Of a stretch of DNA of 64,000 bases, positions 37,960 to 51,700 are shown piece after piece. The notes under the pieces are model-generated. The model searched no databases. It was given only the letters and a program-made list of their open reading frames with translations, and was not told the DNA's origin. This DNA is from Raillietiella orientalis (lineage: Eukaryota): positions 62,001 through 126,000 of the forward strand of contig JAYWIR010000100.1 in the NCBI GenBank assembly GCA_036172245.1, in the 5' to 3' direction. Numbering within the stretch: position 1 is the first letter of the stretch; each line of letters starts with the position of its first letter. The position numbers and the translations under genes were made by a program.

Positions 37960-40900
37960 CATGACATGAATTTCCACTCACTGCAAATAGATGCTTCGTG
38001 AAGAGGAGCAAAACTGCCGTGGTGAAATTCCCTGATTTCGAGTTGATTAAAAAACTACAAAAGTGGCAAATTACTACCATATAATGAATCAGAACGAAGT
38101 ATAAGATTCCTCTTCTAGGTAGGACACTGTTTACCATGAAAAGAACACAGAGACCAAAGTGCCACGCTTTAATCTAATTTCGAACTCTTCTTAATCATCC
38201 TCTGAAATTAGGAAATTGGAAGCCCTTGAGGCTCTTCATGACGGCAATTTTCCACTCACTGGAAATAGATGCTTCGCGAAGAGGTGCAAAATGCAATAGA
38301 GAAATCCCCTTCTTTCGAAATGATTACAAAGCCTGATAGGTTGCAAATTTTTACCACATCATGAATCAGAGCGAACGAAAAGATTCCTCTTCTAGGTACG
38401 ACAGTGGTTACCGTGAAAACAACAGATAGACCAAAGTGCCACGCCCAAATCTAATTTCGAACACTTCATAATCATCCTCTGAAAGCGGGAAATTGGAAGT
38501 CCTTGAGTATCTTCATGACGGGAATTTGCAACTTACTGCAAATGGATGCTTAGTGAAAAGGCGCAATAGTGCAACAGTAATATCCTCTGATTTCCAATTG
38601 ATTACAAAGCCGGAAAGGTTTCAAATTTTTACCACATCATGAATGAGAGCGAAGGAAAAGATTCCTTTTCTAGGTACGACACTGGTTACCATGAAAACAA
38701 CAAAGAGTAAAAAGTGCCACGGCCTAATGAACTCTCGAACTCTTCTTAATCATGCTCTGAAATCAGAAAATTGGAAGGCCTTTTGCCTCTCCATGACGCG
38801 AATTTGTCAGTGACTGCAAATAGATGCTTCGAGAGGAGGAGCAAAACAGCAATGGTGAAATCCCCTTATTTCCGATTGATTACAAAACTTGAAAACTTGC
38901 AAATTTCTACCACATCATGACTCAGAGCGAAGTACAAGATTGCTCTTCTAGGTAGTCTATGTTGTTTTTTTGGTAATCAGAGTCCAAAGTGCCATGCTCT
39001 CCTGAAATTTCGAACTCTTCATATTCAGTCTCTTAAATCAGGAAATTGGAATGCCTTGAGGCTTTCCATGACGGGAATTTGCCACTCACTGCAAATGGAT
39101 GCTTAGTGAAAAGGCGCGAAACTGCAATAGAAAAATCCCCTGATTTCCAAATGATTACAAAGACCGAAAAGATGCAAATTTCTACCACATCATGAATCAG
39201 AGCGAAGGAAAAGATTCTTCTTCTAGTTACGACACTGCTCACCATGAAAACAACACAGAGACCAAAGTGCCACGCACTAACCTTATTTCGAACACTTCTT
39301 AGTCATCCTCTGAAATCAGGAAATTGGAAGGCCGTGAGCCTCTCCATGACGGGAATTTGCCAGTCACTCCAAATGTATGCTTACTGAAAAGGCGCAAAAG
39401 TGCAATAGTGAAATGCCCTCATTTCCAATTGGTTACAAACACTGAAAGGTTGCAAATTTTTACCACATACTGAATTAGAGCGAAAGAAAAAATTCCTCTT
39501 CTAGTTACGACACTGCTTACCATGAAAACAACACAGAGACCAAAGTGCCACGCCCTAACCTAATTTCGAACACTCCATAATCATGTTCTGAAATCAGGAA
39601 ATTAGAAGGCCTTGAGCCTCTAAATGACGAGAATTTGCCACTCACTGGAAATAGATGATTCGTGAAGAGGTGCAAAACTTCAATGGAGGAATCCCCTAAT
39701 TTCGAATTGATTACACAGCCTGAAAGGTTGCAAATTTCTACCACATCATGAATCAGAGCGAAGGAAAAGATTCCTCTTCTAGGAACGACAGTGGTTACCA
39801 TGAAAACAACACAGAGTACAAAGTGCCACGGCGTAATGAAATTTCGAACTCTTCATAATCATGCTCTCAAATCAGCAAATTGGAAGGCCGTGAGCCTCTC
39901 CATGACGGGAAATTTCCACTCACTGGAAATACCTGCTTCGAGAAAAGGTGCAAAACTGCAATGGAGAAATCCTTGGGTTTCGAATTGATTACAAAACTTG
40001 AAAAGTTGCAAATTACTACCATATAATGAATCAGAACGAAGTATAAGATTCCTCTTCCAGGTAGGACACTGGTTACCATGAAAAGAACACAGAGACCAAA
40101 GTGCCACGCCCTAATCTAATTTCGAACTCTTCGTAATCATCCTCTGAAATCGGGAAATTGGAAGGCCTTGAGTCTCTTCATGACATGAATTTGCAACTTA
40201 CTGCGAATGCATGCTTAGTGAAAAGGCGCAATAGTGCAACAGTAATATCCTCTGATTTCCAATTGATTACAAAGCCGGAAAGGTTGCAAATTTCTACCAC
40301 ATCATGGATAACAGCGTACGAAAAGATTCCTCTTCTAGGTACGACAGTGATTACCATGAAAACTACATAGACTCCAAAGTTCCACGCCCTAATGATATTT
40401 CGGACTCTTCTAAAGCATACTCTGAAATCGGGAAATTGGTAGGCCTTGAGCTTCTCCATGACGGGAATTTGGCACTTACTGCAAATGGATGCTTACTGAA
40501 AAGGCGCAATATTGCAACAGTAATATCCCCTGATTTCCAATTGATTACAAAGCATGAAAGGATGCAAATTTTTACCACATGATGAATGAGAGCGTAGGAA
40601 AAGATTCCTTTTCTAGGTATGACACTGGTTACCATGAAAACAACAAAGAGTAAGAAGTGCCACGGCCTAATGAAATTTCCAACTCTTCGTAATCATCCTC
40701 TGAAAGCAAGAAATTGGAAGTCCTTGAGCATCTCCATGACTGGAATTTGCCACTCACTGCAAATAGATGCTTCGTGAAGAGGCGCAAAACTGCAATGGAG
40801 AAATCCCCTGATTTCGAATTGATTACAAAGCCTGAAAGGTTGCAAATTTCTACCACATCATGAATCAGAGCGAAGGAAAAGATTCCTCTTCTAGGAAAGA

Positions 40901-43900
40901 CAGTGGTTAACAGGGAAACAACACAGAGACCAAAGCACCACCCTCTAATCTGATTTGGAACACTTCATAATCATCCTCTGAAATCGGGAAATTCGAAGGC
41001 CGTGAGCCTCTCAATGACGGGAATTTGCCACTCACTGGAAATAGATGATTCGTGAAGAGGTGCAAAACTGCAATGGAGGAATCCCCTAATTTCGAATTGA
41101 TTACACAGCCTGAAAGGTTGCAAATTTCTACCACATCATGAATCAGAGCGAAGGAAAAGATTCCTCTTCTAGGAACGACAGTGGTTACCATGAAAACAAC
41201 ACAGAGTACAAAGTGCCACGGCCTAATGAAATTTCGAACTCTTCATAATCATGCTCTCAAATCAGCAAATTGGAAGGCCGTGAGCCTCTCCATGACGGGA
41301 AATTTCCACTCACTGGAAATACATGCTTCGAGAAAAGGTGCAAAACTGCAATGGAGAAATCCTTGGGTTTCGAATTGATTACAAAACTTGAAAAGTTGCA
41401 AATTACTACCATATAATGAATCAGAACGAAGTATAAGATTCCTCTTCCTGGTAGGACACTGGTTACCATGAAAAGAACACAGAGACCAAAGTGCCACGCC
41501 CTAATCTAATTTCGAACTCTTCGTAATCATCCTCTGAAATCGGGAAATTGGAAGGCCTTGAGTCTCTTCATGACATGAATTTGCAACTTACTGCGAATGC
41601 ATGCTTAGTGAAAAGGCGCAATAGTGCAACAGTAATATCCTCTGATTTCCAATTGATTACAAAGCCGGAAAGGTTGCAAATTTCTACCACATCATGGATA
41701 ACAGCGTACGAAAAGATTCCTCTTCTAGGTACGACAGTGATTACCATGAAAAGTACATAGACCCCAAAGTTCCACGCCCTAATGATATTTCGGACTCTTC
41801 TAAAGCATACTCTGAAATCGGGAAATTGGTAGGCCTTGAGCTTCTCCATGACGGGAATTTGGCACTTACTGCAAATGGATGCTTACTGAAAAGGCGCAAT
41901 ATTGCAACAGTAATATCTCCTGATTTCCAATTGATTACAAAGCATGAAAGGATGCAAATTTTTACCACATGATGAATGAGAGCGTAGGAAAAGATTCCTT
42001 TTCTAGGTATGACACTGGTTACCATGAAAACAACAAAGAGTAAGAAGTGCCACGGCCTAATGAAATTTCCAACTCTTCGTAATCATCCTCTGAAAGCAGG
42101 AAATTGGAAGTCCTTGAGCATCTCCATGACTGGAATTTGCCACTCACTGCAAATAGATGCTTCGTGAAGAGGCGCAAAACTGCAATGGAGGAATCCCCTA
42201 ATTTCGAATTGATTACACAGCCTGAAAGGTTGCAAATTTCTATTACATTATGAATCAGAGCGAACGAAAAGATTCCTCTTCTAGGTACGATAGTGGTTAC
42301 CATGAAAACAACACAGAGACCAAAGTACCACGCCCGAACTTAATTTCGTACTCTTCTTAATCATCCTCTGAAATCAGAAAATTGGAAGGCCTTGAGCCTC
42401 TCCATGATGCGAATTTGGCACTGACTGCAAATTGATGCTTCGTGAAGACGAGCAAAACTGCAATGGTGAAATCCCCTGATTTCCGATTGATTACAAAACT
42501 TGAAAAGTTGCAAATTTCTACCACATCATGAATCAGAGCGAAGTACAAGATTGCTCTTCTAGGTAGTCTATGTTGTTTCTATGGTAATCAGAGTCCAAAG
42601 TGCCATGCTCTCATGAAATTTCGAACTCATTATGATCAGGCTCTTAAATCAGGAAATTGGAACGCGCTCAGGCTTTCCATGACAAGAATTTGCCACTCAC
42701 TGCAAATGGATGCTGAGTGAAATGGCGCAAATCTGCCATTAAAAAATCCCCTGATTTCCAATTCATTACAAAACTTGAAAAGTTGCAAATTTCTACCACA
42801 TCATGAATCAGAGCGAAGTACAAGATTGCTCTTCTAGGTAGTCTATGTTGTTTTTATGGTAATCAGAGTCCAAAGTGCCATGCGCTGATGAAATTTCGAA
42901 CTCTATAATCATGCTCTTAAATCAGATAATTGGAAGGCCTTGAGGCTTTCCATTACGGGAATTTCCCACTCATTGCAAATGGATGCTTAGTAAAAAGGCG
43001 CAGAAGTGCTATAGTAAAATCCCCTGATTTCCAATTGGTTACAAACCCTGAAAGATTGCCAATTTTTACCACATACTGAATTAGAGCGAAGGAAAAAATT
43101 CCTCTTCTAGGTACGACACTGGTTACTATGACAACCACAGATAGACCAAAGTGCCCCGCCCTAATCTAATTTCGAACACTTCATAATCATCCTCTGAAAT
43201 CGTGAAATTCGAAGGCCTTGAGTCTCTTCATGACGGGAATTTGCCACTTACTGCAAATGGATGCTTAGTGAAAAGGAGCAATAGTGCAACAGTAATATCC
43301 TCTGATTTCCAATTGATTACAAAGCCGCAAAGGCTGCAAATTTCTACGACATCAAGAATCAGAGTGAAGTATAAGATTCCTCTTCTAGGTACTCTGTGTT
43401 GTTTTTATGGTAATCAGAGTCCAAAGTGCCATGCTCTCATGAAATTTCGAACTCTTCACAATGAGGCTCTTAAATCAGGAAATTGGAAGGCCTTGAGGCT
43501 TTCCATGACGGGAATTTGCCACTCATTGCAAATGGATGCTCAGTGAAAAGGCGCAAAAAAGCAATAGTAAAATCCCCTGATTTCCAATTGATTACAAAGC
43601 TGGAAAGGTTGCAAATTTTTACCACATCATGAATCAGAGCGAAGGAAAAGATTTCTTTTCTAGGTGCTACACTGGTTACCATGAAAACAACACAGAGTAC
43701 AAAGTGCCACGGCCTAATGAAATTTCGAACTTTTCTTAGTCATCCTCTGATATCAGGAAATTGGAAGGCCGTGAGCCTCTCCATGACATGAATTTGCCAC
43801 TCACTGCAAATAGATGCTTCGTGAAGAGGAGAAAAACTGCCGTGGTGAAATTCCCTGATTTCGAGTTGATTAAAAAACTACAAAAGTGGCAAATTACTAC

Positions 43901-46900
43901 CATATAATGAATCAGAACGAAGTATAAGATTCCTCTTCTAGGTAGGACACTGTTTACCATGAAAAGAACACAGAGACCAAAGTGCCACGCTTTAATCTAA
44001 TTTCGAACTCTTCTTAATCATCCTCTGAAATTAGGAAATTGGAAGCCCTTGAGGCTCTTCATGACGGCAATTTTCCACTCACTGGAAATAGATGCTTCGC
44101 GAAGAGGTGCAAAATGCAATGGAGAAATCCCCTTCTTTCGAAATGATTACAAAGCCTGATAGGTTGCAAATTTTTACCACATCATGAATCAGAGCGAACG
44201 AAAAGATTCCTCTTCTAGGTACGACAGTGGTTACCGTGAAAACAACAGATAGACCAAAGTGCCACGCCCAAATCTAATTTCGAACACTTCATAATCATCC
44301 TCTGAAAGCGGGAAATTGGAAGTCCTTGAGTATCTTCATGACGGGAATTTGCAACTTACTGCAAATGGATGCTTAGTGAAAAGGCGCAATAGTGCAACAG
44401 TAATATCCTCTGATTTCTAATTGATTACAAAGCCGGAAAGGTTTCAAATTTTTACCACATCATGAATGAGAGCGAAGGAAAAGATTCCTTTTCTAGGTAC
44501 GACACTGGTTACCATGAAAACAACAAAGAGTAAAAAGTGCCACGGCCTAATGAACTCTCGAACTCTTCTTAATCATGCTCTGAAATCAGAAAATTGGAAG
44601 GCCTTTTGCCTCTCCATGACGCGAATTTGTCAGTGACTGCAAATAGATGCTTCGAGAGGAGGAGCAAAACAGCAATGGTGAAATCCCCTTATTTCCGATT
44701 GATTACAAAACTTGAAAACTTGCAAATTTCTACCACATCATGACTCAGAGCGAAGTATAAGATTCCTCTTCTAGGTACTCTGTGTTGTTTTTATGGTAAT
44801 CAGAGTCCAAAGTGCCATGCTCTCATGAAATTTCGAACTCTTCACAATGAGGCTCTTAAATCAGGAAATTGGAATGCCTTGAGGCTTTCCATGACGGGAA
44901 TTTGCCACTCACTGCAAATGGATGCTTAGTGAAAGGGCGCGAAACTGCAATAGAAAAATCCCCTGATTTCCAAATGATTACAAAGACCGAAAAGATGCAA
45001 ATTTCTACCACATCATGAATCAGAGCGAAGGAAAAGGTTCTTCTTCTAGTTACGACACTGCTCACCATGAAAACAACACAGAGACCAAAGTGCCACGCAC
45101 TAACCTTATTTCGAACACTTCTTAGTCATCCTCTGAAATCAGGAAATTGGAAGGCCGTGAGCCTCTCCATGACGGGAATTTGCCAGTCACTCCAAATGTA
45201 TGCTTACTGAAAAGGCGCAAAAGTGCAATAGTGAAATGCCCTCATTTCCAATTGGTTACAAACACTGAAAGGTTGCAAATTTTTACCACATACTGAATTA
45301 GAGCGAAAGAAAAAATTCCTCTTCTAGTTACGACACTGCTTACCATGAAAACAACACAGAGACCAAAGTGCCACGCCCTAACCTAATTTCGAACACTCCA
45401 TAATCATGTTCTGAAATCAGGAAATTAGAAGGCCTTGAGCCTCTAAATGACGAGAATTTGCCACTCACTGGAAATAGATGATTCGTGAAGAGGTGCAAAA
45501 CTTCAATGGAGGAATCCCCTAATTTCGAATTGATTACACAGCCTGAAAGGTTGCAAATTTCTACCACATCATGAATCAGAGCGAAGGAAAAGATTCCTCT
45601 TCTAGGAACGACAGTGGTTACCATGAAAACAACACAGAGTACAAAGTGCCACGGCGTAATGAAATTTCGAACTCTTCATAATCATGCTCTCAAATCAGCA
45701 AATTGGAAGGCCGTGAGCCTCTCCATGACGGGAAATTTCCACTCACTGGAAATACCTGCTTCGAGAAAAGGTGCAAAACTGCAATGGAGAAATCCTTGGG
45801 TTTCGAATTGATTACAAAACTTGAAAAGTTGCAAATTACTACCATATAATGAATCAGAACGAAGTATAAGATTCCTCTTCCAGGTAGGACACTGGTTACC
45901 ATGAAAAGAACACAGAGACCAAAGTGCCACGCCCTAATCTAATTTCGAACTCTTCGTAATCATCCTCTGAAATCGGGAAATTGGAAGGCCTTGAGTCTCT
46001 TCATGACATGAATTTGCAACTTACTGCGAATGCATGCTTAGTGAAAAGGCGCAATAGTGCAACAGTAATATCCTCTGATTTCCAATTGATTACAAAGCCG
46101 GAAAGGTTGCAAATTTCTACCACATCATGGATAACAGCGTACGAAAAGATTCCTCTTCTAGGTACGACAGTGATTACCATGAAAACTACATAGACTCCAA
46201 AGTTCCACGCCCTAATGATATTTCGGACTCTTCTAAAGCATACTCTGAAATCGGGAAATTGGTAGGCCTTGAGCTTCTCCATGACGGGAATTTGGCACTT
46301 ACTGCAAATGGATGCTTACTGAAAAGGCGCAATATTGCAACAGTAATATCCCCTGATTTCCAATTGATTACAAAGCATGAAAGGATGCAAATTTTTACCA
46401 CATGATGAATGAGAGCGTAGGAAAAGATTCCTTTTCTAGGTATGACACTGGTTACCATGAAAACAACAAAGAGTAAGAAGTGCCACGGCCTAATGAAATT
46501 TCCAACTCTTCGTAATCATCCTCTGAAAGCAAGAAATTGGAAGTCCTTGAGCATCTCCATGACTGGAATTTGCCACTCACTGCAAATAGATGCTTCGTGA
46601 AGAGGCGCAAAACTGCAATGGAGAAATCCCCTGATTTCGAATTGATTACAAAGCCTGAAAGGTTGCAAATTTCTACCACATCATGAATCAGAGCGAAGGA
46701 AAAGATTCCTCTTCTAGGAAAGACAGTGGTCAACAGGGAAACAACACAGAGACCAAAGCACCACCCTCTAATCTGATTTGGAACACTTCATAATCATCCT
46801 CTGAAATCGGGAAATTCGAAGGCCGTGAGCCTCTCAATGACGGGAATTTGCCACTCACTGGAAATAGATGATTCGTGAAGAGGTGCAAAACTGCAATGGA

Positions 46901-48780
46901 GGAATCCCCTAATTTCGAATTGATTACACAGCCTGAAAGGTTGCAAATTTCTACCACATCATGAATCAGAGCGAAGGAAAAGATTCCTCTTCTAGGAACG
47001 ACAGTGGTTACCATGAAAACAACACAGAGTACAAAGTGCCACGGCCTAATGAAATTTCGAACTCTTCATAATCATGCTCTCAAATCAGCAAATTGGAAGG
47101 CCGTGAGCCTCTCCATGACGGGAAATTTCCACTCACTGGAAATACATGCTTCGAGAAAAGGTGCAAAACTGCAATGGAGAAATCCTTGGGTTTCGAATTG
47201 ATTACAAAACTTGAAAAGTTGCAAATTACTACCATATAATGAATCACAACGAAGTATAAGATTCCTCTTCCTGGTAGGACACTGGTTACCATGAAAAGAA
47301 CACAGAGACCAAAGTGCCACGCCCTAATCTAATTTCGAACTCTTCGTAATCATCCTCTGAAATCGGGAAATTGGAAGGCCTTGAGTCTCTTCATGACATG
47401 AATTTGCAACTTACTGCGAATGCATGCTTAGTGAAAAGGCGCAATAGTGCAACAGTAATATCCCCTGATTTCCAATTGATTACAAAGCCGGAAAGGTTGC
47501 AAATTTCTACCACATCATGGATAACAGCGTACGAAAAGATTCCTCTTCTAGGTACGACAGTGATTACCATGAAAACTACATAGACTCCAAAGTTCCACGC
47601 CCTAATGATATTTCGGACTCTTCTAAAGCATACTCTGAAATCGGGAAATTGGTAGGCCTTGAGCTTCTCCATGACGGGAATTTGGCACTTACTGCAAACG
47701 GATGCTTACTGAAAAGGCGCAATATTGCAACAGTAATATCCCCTGATTTCCAATTGATTACAAAGCATGAAAGGATGCAAATTTTTACCACATGATGAAT
47801 GAGAGCGTAGGAAAAGATTCCTTTTCTAGGTATGACACTGGTTACCATGAAAACAACAAAGAGTAAGAAGTGCCACGGCCTAATGAAATTTCCAACTCTT
47901 CGTAATCATCCTCTGAAAGCAGGAAATTGGAAGTCCTTGAGCATCTCCATGACTGGAATTTGCCACTCACTGCAAATAGATGCTTCGTGAAGAGGCGCAA
48001 AACTGCAATGGAGGAATCCCCTAATTTCGAATTGATTACACAGCCTGAAAGGTTGCAAATTTCTATTACATTATGAATCAGAGCGAACGAAAAGATTCCT
48101 CTTCTAGGTACGATAGTGGTTACCATGAAAACAACACAGAGACCAAAGTACCACGCCCGAACTTAATTTCGTACTCTTCTTAATCATCCTCTGAAATCAG
48201 AAAATTGGAAGGCCTTGAGCCTCTCCATGATGCGAATTTGGCACTGACTGCAAATTGATGCTTCGTGAAGACGAGCAAAACTGCAATGGTGAAATCCCCT
48301 GATTTCCGATTGATTACAAAACTTGAAAAGTTGCAAATTTCTACCACATCATGAATCAGAGCGAAGTACAAGATTGCTCTTCTAGGTAGTCTATGTTGTT
48401 TCTATGGTAATCAGAGTCCAAAGTGCCATGCTCTCATGAAATTTCGAACTCATTATGATCAGGCTCTTAAATCAGGAAATTGGAACGCGCTCAGGCTTTC
48501 CATGACAAGAATTTGCCACTCACTGCAAATGGATGCTGAGTGAAAAGGCGCAAAACTGCCATTAAAAAATCCCCTGATTTCCAATTCATTACAAAACTTG
48601 AAAAGTTGCAAATTTCTACCACATCATGAATCAGAGCGAAGTACAAGATTGCTCTTCTAGGTAGTCTATGTTGTTTTTATGGTAATCAGAGTCCAAAGTG
48701 CCATGCGCTGATGAAATTTCGAACTCTATAATCATGCTCTTAAATCAGATAATTGGAAGGCCTTGAGGCTTTCCATTACG
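37960..48780. repeat. HOR domain III: near-identical ~5 kb duplication with a 5823-bp period (21 monomers); copies at ~37960-42957 and ~43783-48780
   Basis: ORF pairs are offset by exactly 5823 (39033/44856, 39517/45340, 40158/45981, 42357/48180). 21x278=5838, and the 15-bp shortfall matches the visible deletions: 4x3 bp in inversion monomers, 1 bp near 38290 and 2 bp near 42904. Confidence 0.92.
39580..42359. repeat. Two tandem copies of a 5-mer HOR (1390 bp); the pair recurs at ~45403-48182
   Basis: ORF pairs are offset by exactly 1390 (5x278): 39517/40907, 39791/41181, 40158/41548, 40304/41694 and 40629/42019. Confidence 0.92.
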
Positions 48781-51700
48781 TTAATTTCCCACTCACTGCA
48801 AATGTATTCTTAGTGAAAAGGCTCAAAAGTGCTATAGTAAAATCCCCTGATTTCGAATTGATTACAAAGCCTGAAAGGTTGCAAATTTCTACCACATCAT
48901 GAATCAGAGCGAAGGAAAAGATTCCTCTTCTAGGAACGACAGTGGTTACCATGAAAACAACACAGAGTACAAAGTACCACGGCCTAATGAAATTTCGAAC
49001 TCTTCATAATCAGGCACTTAAATCAGGAAATTAGAAAGCCTTGAAACTTTGCATGACATGAATTTGCCACTCACTGCAAATAGATGCTTTATGAAGAGGA
49101 GCACAATTGCAATGGTGAAATTCCCTGATTTCGAATTGATTACAAAACTTGAAAAGTTTCAAATTACTACCATATAATGAATCAGAACGAAATCTAAGAT
49201 TACTCTTCTAGGTAGGACACTGTTTACCATGAAAACAACACAGAGACCAAAGTGCCACGCCCTAATCTAATTTCGAACTCTTCTTAATCATCCTCTTAAA
49301 TCAGGAAATTGGAAGCCCTTGAGGATCTTCATGACGGCAATTTGCCACTCACTGGAAATAGATGCTTCGCGAAGAGGTGCAAAACTGTAATGGATAAATT
49401 ACCGTGTTTCGAATTGATTACAAAGCCTGTAAGGTAGCAAGTTTTAACACATCATGGATCAGAGCGAACGAAAATATTCCTCTTCTAGGAACGACAGTGG
49501 TTACCATGAAGTCAACACAGAGATCGAAGTACCACCCCCTAATCTAATTTCGAACACTTCTTAATCATCCGCTGTAATCAGGAAATTGGAAGGCCTTGAG
49601 GCTTTCCATGACGGAAATTTGCTACTAACTGCAAATAGATGCTTAGTGAAAAGGCGCAAAAGTGCTATAGAAAAATCCCCTGATTTCCAATTGGTTGCAA
49701 ACCCTGAAAGTTTGCAAATTGTTACCACATACTGAATTAGAGCGAAGGAAAAAATTCTCTTCTAGGTACGACACTGGTTACTATGAAAACAACAGATCGA
49801 CCCAAGTGCCACGCCCTAATCTAATTTCGAAGACTTCATAATCATCCTCTGAACTCGGTAAATTGGAATGCCTTGAGTCTCTTCATGACGGGAATTTGCC
49901 ACTTACTGCAAATGTATGCTTAGTGAAAAGGCGCAATAGTGCAACAGTAATATCCTCTGATTTCCAATTGATTACAAAGCCGGAAAGGTTGCAAATTTTT
50001 ACCACATCATGAATCAGAGCGAAGGAAAAGATTACTTTTCTAGGTACGACACTGCTTACCATGAAAACAATACAGAGAACAAAGTGCCACGCCCTAACCA
50101 ATTTTCGACATCTTCTTAGTCATCCTCTGAAATCAGGAAATTGGAAGGCCGTGAGCCTCTCCATGACATGAATTTGCCACTCACTGCAAATAGATGCTTC
50201 GTGAAGAGGAGCAAAACTGCAATGGTGAAATTCCCTGATTTCGAATTGATTACAAAACTTGAAAAGTGGCAAATTACTACCATATAATGAATAAGAACGA
50301 AGTATAAGATTCCTCTTCCAGGTAGGACACTGTTTACCATGAAAACAACACAGAGACCAAAGTGCCACGCCCTAATCTAATTTCGAACTCTTCTTAATCA
50401 TCCTCTGAAATCAGGAAATTGGAAGCCCTTGAGGCTCTTCATGACGGCGATTTGCCACTCAATGGAAATAGATTCTTAGCGAAGAGGTGCAAAACTGCAA
50501 TGGAGAAATCCCCGTGTTTCGAATTGATTACAAAGCCTGTAAGGTAGCAAATTTTTACCACTTCATGGATCAGAGCGAACGAAAATATTTCTCTTCTTGG
50601 AACGACAGTGGTTACCATTAAGACAACACAGAGACCAAAGTACCACCCCCTATTCTAATTTCGAACACTTCTTAATCATCCGCTGTAATCAGGAAATTGG
50701 AAGGCCTTGAGGCTTTCTATGACGGGAATTTGCTACTAACTGCAAATAGATGCTTAGTGAAAAGGCGCAAAAGTGCAAAATTAAAATCCCCTGATTTCAA
50801 ATTGGTTACAAACCCTGAAAGTTTGCAAATTTTTACCACATACTGAAGTAGAGCGAAGGAAAAAATTCCTCTTCTAGGTACGACACCGGTTACTATGAAA
50901 ACAACAGATAGACTAAGGTGCCACGGCCTAATCTAATTTCGAAGACTTCATAATCATCCGCTGAAATCGGGAAATTGGAAGGCCTTGAGGCTTTCCATGA
51001 CGGGAATTTGCCACTCATTGCAAATGGATGCTTAGTAAAAAGGCGCAAAAAAGCAATAGTAAAATCCCCTGATTTCCAATTGATTACAAAGCTGGAAAGG
51101 TTGCAAATTTTTACCACATCATGAATCAGAGCGAAGGAAAAGATTTCTTTTCTAGGTGCTACACTGGTTACCATGAAAACAACACAGAGTACAAAGTGCC
51201 ACGGCCTTATGAAATTTCGAACTTTTCTTAGTCATCCTCTGATATCAGGAAATTGGAAGGCCGTGAGCCTCTCCTTGACGGGAATTTGCCACTCACTGCA
51301 AATAGATGCTTCGTGAAGAGGAGCAAAACTGCAATGGAGAAATCCCCGGGTTTCGAAGTGATTACAAAGCCTGTAAGGTAGCAAATTTCTATCACATCAT
51401 GGATAACAGCGAACGAAAAGATTCCTCTTCCAGGTACGACAGTGATTACCATGAAAACAACGCAGACTCCAAAGTTCCAGGCCCTAATGATATTTCGGAC
51501 TCTACTTAATCATGCTCTGAAATCGGAAAATTGGTAGGCCTTGAGCCTCTCCATGACGGGAATTTGCCACTCACTGCAAATAGATGCTTCGTGAAGAGGC
51601 GCAAAACTGCAATAGAGAAATCACCTGATTTCGAATTGATTACAAAGCCTGAAAGGTTGCAAATTTCTACCACATCATGAATGGGAGCGAACGAAAAGAT

